The notes beneath the pieces were generated by a model. It did not search any database. It was not told the origin of the DNA and saw only the letters and a program-made list of their open reading frames with translations. The position numbers were made by a program, and so were the translations under genes. Positions 55,008-64,000 of a DNA stretch of 64,000 nucleotides are shown one piece after another. Source of the stretch: Octopus sinensis (lineage: Eukaryota); assembly GCF_006345805.1 (NCBI RefSeq), contig NC_042998.1, forward strand, positions 111,600,001-111,664,000, read 5' to 3'. Each line of letters starts with the position of its first letter. The stretch's first letter is position 1.

Positions 55008-55059
<52 letters not shown>

Positions 55060-55064
55060 TATAC

Positions 55065-55098
<34 letters not shown>

Positions 55099-55130
55099 CT
55101 TTCTCACTCTCTCTCGCTCTCTCTCTCTCT
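54820..55130. repeat. (CT)n/(TA)n microsatellite cluster
   Basis: Direct reading. Confidence 0.95.
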
Positions 55131-57719
55131 CTCTTTCCCACTCCCCCTCTCTCACTTCGCCTACATTTGTTTCTTTTTTATTATGATTTCATCTTTTCAA
55201 AAACAATCATATTAACCTCAATTTGTTTCCTCAAACCGCAAATTCCATTACTTTTTAAGTGAACCACATAACGGAATTAGAGGAATACATATTTGTGTTG
55301 CTCATATACATACCACAAATCACTCTGAGGCATTTCTCTTAGGACATTTTTGTTTTACACGTACACGCGCGCGCGCATACACTCGCGCACACGCACACGC
55401 ATACACACATATATACACATATATATACACACATATATGTGTGTATATTCCTCACTTCCTTTAACATATTTTCGTGCATTCCATATTTTAACTTAATTTT
55501 CCTTTTTGTTTCTTTTAATGCCTTTAGAACTTATTTTGTTCAAATTCTGTTGTTTGGTAAGTTTCACTATTAATTATCTTGTTTTTCTTGCTGTTTTTTT
55601 TCTTCTGTGTGTATGTGGTAAGCTGAGTTTTATAAAAGTGCGTTACTGTTAATTATAGCTCATAGTGATATTATTTCTCTTCTTCTCTTAGTAACGCTTC
55701 TTTGTCATGATTCTCTTGACTTGTTTACAACTTCGAGAATTTTTTTTTATTTACATCGTAAAAATCACGTGTTAATTCTTCTTGGCAAATTTTTACTTCT
55801 ATTTATTTATTTCATTTTGGTCTACTACAAATATTGTACTCTTTTTATTTGTTCTGCAACTTCCTTTTTTACGATGTGGAACCATTACTAAGAGCTTTGA
55901 TAAAACAGTAACATTTATTTTTTTTAATCAATTTTTTTTTTTTTTTTGCTAATATTTTCAAATGATTTCATGTTGCGAGATTAAAAACGTCACCAAGTCA
56001 CATCTCGGCTCCTTTAGTTCTCACAAGAAATAGGAGAAAAATGCAATAAAAAAAATATAAAACTGCAGAATATGAGATAAACGATAGAATCGTTTGCGAT
56101 GTTGTCAGACTAAATCAATTTGTACAGGGAAAATAAATGACATTTTGGGGGCATAATGTATGATGTTTTAATTGAGAGAAGTGGCAGACCGGAACTAATT
56201 AAATCTAAATTAGTGATAAGAGTGTTATATTCCCTTCTGGCCTCTAGAATCCAATTGAAATCCTAGTTACCAAAGAATTGTGATCATTAATCTTCGATAA
56301 CATTATATTTTGTTTTTAGATTGCCATTAACGGATCTTTGTATTTATGGAATTTGGCAGATAAGCATTAAATCACAATTAAATTGACACATTTTGCAAAT
56401 GAATCAATATTCCACGTGAATGGTCTTCTGTTTTTTCTTATTTTTTTTTTAAAGATTTTACTCTTAATCCACTGTGACTCAATGTATGGATATTTGCATA
56501 CATAAATTTACTACAAGAAATTTTGCTTCATGAAAATAAACAAGCAGATGAATAATTAAATAAGTGAATCAATAAGTAAATAAATTAAATGACACGGATT
56601 CTATCATATCGCTTCGTATTTGTTTTACAGGAAATCGATCACCTTTAATTAAAATGTTCGCTTATTTTTACGCATATGTTTGATTTTTTCCGACTACAGT
56701 GACCTCTTTCAAAATAAGTTGAAAGACAAGCTTTCATAAACGACTTCAAAGTAAATAGAAAACCTAGTTTCGCTCACACCTTCTACCAATGATAGCGTCA
56801 TTATATTCAATACTTAAATCTTATTTAGAATACCGATAAAATTTATGACTCTTCAAGTATCAATTTAAAATCCTTTATAAATTCTGTATCTAATTATTTT
56901 ACCTGCTTCTACTTAAAAATGGAATTTTGCTTCTTCTCTAAAACTAGAAGCTATTTTAAGCTAGAAGTGATTTTTAAATTTTTAATTTCTTTTATTCTTA
57001 GAATTTACCAAAATTTGTAGAAAATTGGAAGTATGGGAAATATTATCAAGCAGAAATTTTACATTCAGACGATATTCACCCTTATACCATACTTCTTTTA
57101 TTCACTTGCAAATACTTTTGGAAACAGGAATGTATTCCAAAAATCTTTCTTCCAAATTGTTGGTTACAAGAGATTAAAATTTTGAATCGTAATCGTGAAG
57201 TGTGTCTCCAACAAACCTGATTGAATTACACACGTTTGCGCGTGCAGTATATTTCTATATATATATGTGTGTTTGTGTGTGTGTGTGTGTGTGCGTGTGT
57301 GTGCGTGTGTGTGTAAAAAATGCATTAAGTACTACAAAACGTACACGTTGGACAGACACAGAAGGACCCTAATTCTTCATCAGTTATCGCCCAAAATACT
57401 AATACTCAGTTTCGTGCCTTTATTTAAATGATTTGAGATTTTTATTCTTCGTCTCATAAGGACTCTCCTTTCTTAGAGAAAAAGGCTTTAGTGCGTATTA
57501 GCTCTTTTCTCTGGGACAAATTTAATGCATATAACTTGCGTTATTAAAATAAACTCCTTGAGTTTCATGTCAATATTTTGCATAGGGAAACTTTTGACCC
57601 AGTTTATGTTTTAGGATCTCTTTTTGAGCCGATTTCCAGTTAAGAAGTTCGGGTTAGATAAGGTTTGAGTGCTTCCTGTGTGGTATAATCTTTAAATAGT
57701 TTTTGGACCATTGTTTGTT

Positions 57720-58262
57720 CTATTATATTGTCATATGAGAAAATCGTAGACAACACCTTAGACGATGGTTAAATTTCACGTTATAAGTGAAGCAGATGTT
57801 TAAGATGGTCGAGAATTGCAATTTGTTCCATGAATGTCTTTTTCGTGCGATCAAGTAGAGATTCTGTTCATCGTGTGACATTCTTGAGATAATGTTACCT
57901 TCTAGCCACTTGATGCTGGGTAAGTACATTTAATGAATTGATCTAGTTTCGTTTGTACTTCTTTTATTATTGTAAAGGCTTTCCTCAAATTTACCAACAT
58001 AATTTGAAGCATCAGGTGAACGATATAGTGTATATATTATCACATCAAGTTGCTTTAATATGTAAAATAAAAATATCACAAACCGAGTTTGAATGTAATT
58101 ACATAATTTAATGTGTGACATCTTCACGGATGTGCATGGCAACACCTCCATAACTTCTTTCTTCTCTGTCTGTACAAAGCACAACATACTTAGATATGCG
58201 TATCTCTGTACCACTTATGTTTGCACATACATGTATTTCAGTAAGAGCAGGAAAATGAGCAT
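57720..58262 (-). mobile_element. Decayed APE-type (CR1-like) LINE endonuclease fragment
   Basis: ALTEIH..EIRISKY..DREERSYGGVAMHIRED (end of ORF 58108..58473) and YTLYRSPD (57930..58214). Confidence 0.75.
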
Positions 58263-58264
58263 CA

Positions 58265-58770
58265 CAGCTAGCGGAGTTATGAGCCGAAGCACCCATCGAT
58301 ATTCCCGGGACGGTATCGGCTAACGAAGTAGCAACGGGCTGTGAGCTTCCCCGGCATGCCGGGTGAGTAGAGGCGGACGAAGGTGGTCCCGGGAACGCGC
58401 GGACGACGGACAGGGGGATAACGACGTCGTTAGGACAGATACGAGCTGCAGATGCTGTCCCAGTGGCTGTCACAACGACAGCAACAACAGCAGTGTGACG
58501 GCAAGAAGTTCGAGCGTGCGAACGAACGAACCTGCTGCTACCGCTGGCCTACAACGCGTACAGGAGCGAGTTGATGCCGGTACGCGAAGCGGAGGGCGAC
58601 GACGGCAGCGAAAGTGAGAGCACTCAGATGTTGATGAACGAGGAGAGAGTGGTGGCATATCGAGAACTCATTGACCGTGTAGAGTCTAGCAGCACGTACC
58701 CGCGTCGACGAACACGATACGGAAGAACACAACGAGAACGACACTTCCATTGAATCCTCGTCCGCTCTGC
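58265..58770. other. Unexplained GC/CpG-rich island
   Basis: Abrupt GC- and CpG-rich block in an AT-rich window; short overlapping ORFs with no recognised domain. Confidence 0.8.
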
Positions 58771-60120
58771 AAGACTCTAGTATTATGTCAGATCATGTGT
58801 GATGTCTTTCATGGGTGCTGCATGTAATATAGAATCCTGTACAATCTGTTGTCTGGTCGATTCGTCAGTGGCTAAACCGGCACCTTCACTTGACTAGCCT
58901 GGTGGGGAGTGTTGCTAGAACCTCAGCAGGACTAAAAGCAAGACCTGTCAAAAGGTCGGATATACCCAGGGTAGGTTCAACGACTACGTAGCAACGGCAC
59001 AGATACTCAGAAATTTCGGGTTGGAGTCCGGCATGCTGAAAGACAACTGGGAGTCAGGTATCCTTCAGCTTATGTTAAAACATATCTCTTGGAAAGGATC
59101 AATGGCATAGCACATTTTGAGCATCTTTGCTTGCGCTTGAGGTCATCACACTCCTATATTCCTGACCCTGTAACCAATATTGACACTAAATATCTTGTCT
59201 TGACAAGATATTTAGTGCAAATAGCGTGAGTGTGTATGTGTGTATGCATTATATATATGTATATAACGCACACACATGCACGTAAGCATGTGTATGTGTG
59301 CGTGCGTGTGTGTGTGTATCATACAGTAGAATGACCCAGTCGCATACGCCATAAACATGATGTACTACAAATAAAATAGATAAACAACCGATAAAACATT
59401 TGTGATCTAAGAATTATGAGTGTTTTCGAATTTCTCTTTGTTAAGGAAAAAATTGTTATTTAAGAAAGTGTTGCCGTAGTTAGAATATTCAGTAAGATAA
59501 GGTATCCGTTGGCTAAACAAGTAGTACTGTATAATATTGAGAAAGGCTAACAGAAAGGGACAGTGGATAACACAATCAACCTATAATTGAATGTTTTAAA
59601 AACAAAAAAACTTTTCTCTATGCATCACATGGGCTTATTACTATACAGTAATTCATGATTTAAAATCTGGAGACGCCTGAAGATATCGCTCCTCGAAAAA
59701 TATTCATGATAAAACGACTTGTAGTATATGAAAAACAACAACATATACATAAGGACAGAACTCAATTGTAATCAACAATTATTTCACATGATTCAAAGCA
59801 GGTTGCTTTATAAATAAATTCCTTGTTGGAATATAAAGCTACATGTTTATGTTTACAGCAATAATAACCATAGAAAGAAGTTGTGCTCACAGGGAATAAA
59901 TAATCGCCAAGTTACTCGATTTTTGTGCAGATTTTTTTGTTTTATTTCTTACATTTAGCGAGTATATCGCTTTGAGCAATATTTTAGAGTTCTTCTCAAG
60001 GGATAAAATAGAAGTTACAATATTGAAGGAAAGAATATCTGTAATAAATGTATATAGCAATAATTTCTATCATTTATGTTAATAATCTAGTAATTTGTAT
60101 GCAGCGAACGTTCTACGAAC

Positions 60121-60216
<96 letters not shown>

Positions 60217-60701
60217 TCGTTAGAGAAAACAATTTTTGCTTGTAAAGGTGTATGCAAATATGTTCTCTCTCATGAAGGATCACTCACGTGTATATACATA
60301 CTTTTCGGAATATACTAACGTGCTCCCACATAAATACGCGCGCACACACTTACATACACACACACGCATCCATATATATGCCTGCATTCATTCATGCATA
60401 CGCACATGGATTAAATACACACATCGATGTATGTATGTATATATAAAGTGATTAAAATCAAAATAATCAACAAAGATATCCAGAGGTAATGCAGTACGAT
60501 CGTTTCATGCAATTCCATTTAATTGAACAATGCAATCATTACATCAAGTTAAAATGTAAAGCAATCTTCAGCTGCACAAAGACATAGAACTTAATTAAAT
60601 TAGAACTTGTTGCTTATTTTGATTTTAATCACCTTATTTTGAAATTGTATGAATAATACCGTACTAAATTCTGGTGCCTCAACTTAAGTACCATATTCAT
60701 C

Positions 60702-60797
<96 letters not shown>

Positions 60798-60800
<3 letters not shown>

Positions 60801-61060
60801 ATAGAAATGGCAAGACAACAAAAGAATGAAAGAGACCTCGATATTATGTAAATAGAGGAATTTATCTGTAAATATAATATGTGACAATTATTCGGAAGCC
60901 ACGATAAAACTCCGAGTTTCGGATGTCGGGGCGGAAACCCACGCCGGCATCTCTTCAGTTATCGGGCTATCGGAAAAAATGCTATGCAAATGGCCGTTAA
61001 AACAAAGGGAAATTACTGTGTGATTGACCGTTATTAAGACAAAAGAGCTATTAGAATGAC
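60798..61060 (-). mobile_element. Short hammerhead-bearing element next to (TA)n, probably Penelope-derived (limits approximate)
   Basis: Starts at the edge of (TA)n 60706-60797 and contains the hammerhead at 60902-60964. Confidence 0.5.
60902..60964 (-). ncRNA. Type I hammerhead ribozyme, near-intact
   Basis: CGATAA-CTGAAGA-GATG..CATCC-GAAA-CTCGGAG-TT-TTATCG; 6-bp stem I; one unpaired C at the stem II base; GUU triplet. Confidence 0.7.
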
Positions 61061-61185
61061 TGCTAAGTAAGGGGAGGGAGTAAAGGTAAGGGAGTAAAAA
61101 CGATCATAGTAATCGCGTAAGCGCACATTCCATGCATACACAGCGCGCCCGCACATCCACGTACATGCGCCTATATGTATATACT

Positions 61186-61413
61186 AGGCGGTGAGCTGGC
61201 AGAAACGTTAGCACGCCGGGCGAAACGCGTAGCCGTATTTCGTCCGCCGTTACGTTCTGAGTTCAAATTCTGCCGAGTTCGACTTTGCCTTTCATCCTTT
61301 TGGGGTCGATAAATAAAGTACCAGTTATGCACTGGGGTCGATGTAATCGACTTAATCCCTTTGTCTGTCCTTGTTTGTCCCCTCTATGTTTAGCCCTTTG
61401 TGGGCAGTAAAGA
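61186..61413 (+). mobile_element. SINE family S2, well preserved
   Basis: GGCGGTGAGCTGGCAGAAACGTTAGCACGCCGGGCG..GAGTTCAAATTC..GGGGTCGATGTAATCGAC. Confidence 0.92.
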
Positions 61414-61948
61414 ATTATATATGTATATACTCATCCACCCTCACTTGAAACACACACATGCTCACCAAAAAATATATACATTCGCCAAAAAATATATACA
61501 TACCCGCATACATGCTCGCATACGCACACACGCGCACAAAAAAGGTTCATACACACGTCTATATACGCATATGCACAAAAAAAACAGGGCTAAAGGCAAA
61601 ATACAGAAAAATGTATTTAAAGAAGTGTAAAAAATAAGCAATAAGAGTAAAACACGTCTATATACGCACATACTTGCATGCACGCATACATCTACACGCG
61701 CGCACAAAAAATTCCATATACACGTCTATATACGCACAGGAAAAATGCAGGGTGTAAGGTAGAATACAGAAAAATTGTGTAAAAAAAATATATGAGCAAT
61801 AAAACTATAAACCAATATCTCTATAAATATGTAAAATATATATATATATAAAAATATATAAGAAATATAAGTAAAAAGTGTAGAGAGATAAAAAGCTTGT
61901 ATATGGACACAATATAGAAAGCAAGTCCTATCTGTAATATCGGGGAGA

Positions 61949-62158
61949 CTAAAAACGTAACAAATATTTAGCCACATATGGACATGATCCGACAAGTTTA
62001 GTTCTTGAATTTAGACACGTGGTGGTGTCTAAACTGCTTTTGCAGATGAGACATCTTTCCATATCATAAAGACCGCACTTTCCACTGCCGTTGGTGTCGG
62101 GCTTACACTTGGCTAAGATCTTCCAATGGATGTTGTAACTGACGTCTTTATCGTTTAA
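61949..62158 (-). mobile_element. Penelope-like GIY-YIG endonuclease C-terminal fragment
   Basis: YNIHWKILAKCKP..G..KCGLYDMERCLI..CLNSRTKLVGSCPY..KYLL matches the PLE I.W.IL..C.LC..EK..I..LN.R.E...C.H ending. Confidence 0.7.
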
Positions 62159-62274
62159 AGACACACACACACACACACACATCCATACATCCATATATAT
62201 TTCTCTTTTCCTTATCCTGATCAACTCAAAAAGTATAAAACTTACAACAACAAAAGTATACATACTATTTTTTA

Positions 62275-62478
62275 AGGCGACGAGTTGGCAGAATCGTTAG
62301 CACACACAATAAAAATGCTTGGTAGTATTTCGTACGTCTTTACATTCCGAGTTTAAATTCCGACGCCTTTTATCCTTTCGGGTGTCTATAAAATATCTTG
62401 CAGTTATGCACTGAGGTCGATGTAATCGATTTACCCCCATCCCCGAAATTGCTGGCCTAGTTCCAAAATTTGAAACCA
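62275..62478 (+). mobile_element. SINE family S2
   Basis: AAGGCGACGAGTTGGCAGAATCGTTAGCAC..GAGGTCGATGTAATCGA. Confidence 0.85.
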
Positions 62479-64000
62479 TTTTTTTTGTTTTTGTTTTGTT
62501 TTTTTTTCAGCATCTTACACTGAATTTTTATGGGGGGTTTTTATGTGTTTCGATATATACCTCTTCTTTGTTTGAATTCAGTAATAAATTTTTCCTAACT
62601 CAGTTGTACAACCTCCACAATTTCTTCCAATTATTTCTTCCAGTTATCTCCCCTTACCGATTCTGCTGCCGGAGGTATTTCAATTCACAAGTCTTTCAAT
62701 GATCAATAAGTTCTCTTGTCGTTAAGATAATATCCCTTTCAAAATTAGTCTTGTAACAGTGGCGGATGCATTATTCATTGAAAAGTTTTTATTAATCAAT
62801 TTTCGTATCATATTGATTTCGTATTAAACAGGTAATTCCTTTTGTGATACTTTGCCATTTGTTTCAAATATTTGTTTATTTCTTTATAGTACGAACCTTT
62901 CAAATGAGCAAAGAAGTATGTCTGCTCTCTAAATGAATTTTTAGAGCAATAGGGTTGAGGGGAAAATACTAAACAGAAACATGTTTGGAGCAGTTTCTGA
63001 TATATCTCAAATGTTCCATACTCAAATGTAAATATATAAGTATCACCCTCTTTTCTACTATCTCATACAACAATGAAATAACACGTCATCTTTCCATACA
63101 TTACAGTTTGTATCTTACAGCTATACTTCTAAATTTAGATCTCTCGTGCTTATAGCGTGGTAAGTGTAATATTTTACTTTTCTGATCAATCTTGACATTT
63201 CTGCAATAAAAGATGACCGAATAAATATACAATAAAATTCGATCAATGACAGTGTAGAAAATACACGGCTTTATCTAATATATAATTTCTTTCGGCTGTC
63301 TCCAAACACCAAGTCGTTTGTATACTTTGTTGTTGTTGCTGTTGTTATTGTTGTTGTACTGCTACTGTTGTTGCTGTTCTTGCTTAGCCCCGGGTCAGCT
63401 CTGATTGAGCAGATCTATGGTTCAGTGATGTTCCATTGATAAACATCCACTCTTTTTGCAAAATCTAGGACTACATTTTCCAATAGACACTCTTGTTTTT
63501 AAGAGACTAAGACATAATTTGCGGAAAATTTGGTTACGATTTCTAGCATATCGAGCGGTCGTGGCGAGTTTCGTCGGCTCGTCTTTACGACATTGACCAA
63601 ACGGTTAAAATTATCATCTGCTGATACCCAGTCACTGGAACTGTTGTTACTGTGTTACCCTAGATCACCCCTGATCAAACACCACAATTTACGTTACCCG
63701 GTTTAACACCACCACCGAGCATCTCGGGTGCTTTTAGTGGAACACATTTTGTTGCAAACATTTGGGCCAGGCCTTCAGTTTCAGAACACACTCCTCCCTC
63801 CCTTCCTTCTCCTCATCAGTTTTGAAGGTCTCGTAAGAAATCATGGTTACTGCCTTCTCTCTTGACAATAAAATAAATATGTTGTCGGCCAAACGACAAG
63901 GCCTCGACCGCTGGTCATTCTTCCCAGTTTCCGCCAAACCACACTGAACAGCGCGACATGCAGTAATGAACTGAATTGGAAATAGTGTAACAGACTGAGC

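Noticed and set aside
58740-58930. Possible HDV-like ribozyme (TCCTCGT loop-like motif)
   Set aside because: The required P3 and P1 pairings could not be found.
63775-63825. Minus-strand CTGATGA..GAAA spacing
   Set aside because: No stem I, II or III pairing, so this is a chance match.

Overview
AT-rich, microsatellite-saturated eukaryotic non-coding DNA. The SINE families and simple-repeat content point to a cephalopod, probably Octopus; this is inferred from recalled repeat families and was not checked against a database. No intact host gene is evident, only weak exon candidates. Most ORF-track entries are translated microsatellites. The real content is transposon debris: a decayed Ty3/Gypsy LTR element (23.9-28.7 kb), a decayed Tc1/mariner, a hAT-type MITE, several tRNA-derived SINE families, CR1/RTE/Penelope-like remnants, and many R4/Dong-type (restriction-like endonuclease, RLE) LINE fragments. 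The RLE LINEs fall into two groups. One forms a ~7 kb head-to-tail stack separated by (TAA)n/(TGA)n (35.1-42.1 kb); the other is associated with (ATAC)n. The most notable signal is a set of type I hammerhead ribozyme motifs: two apparently intact copies in the arms of a 266-bp inverted repeat (50930-51594), one in the tail of a tRNA-headed SINE (~52.3 kb), one at ~60.9 kb, and two decayed copies.
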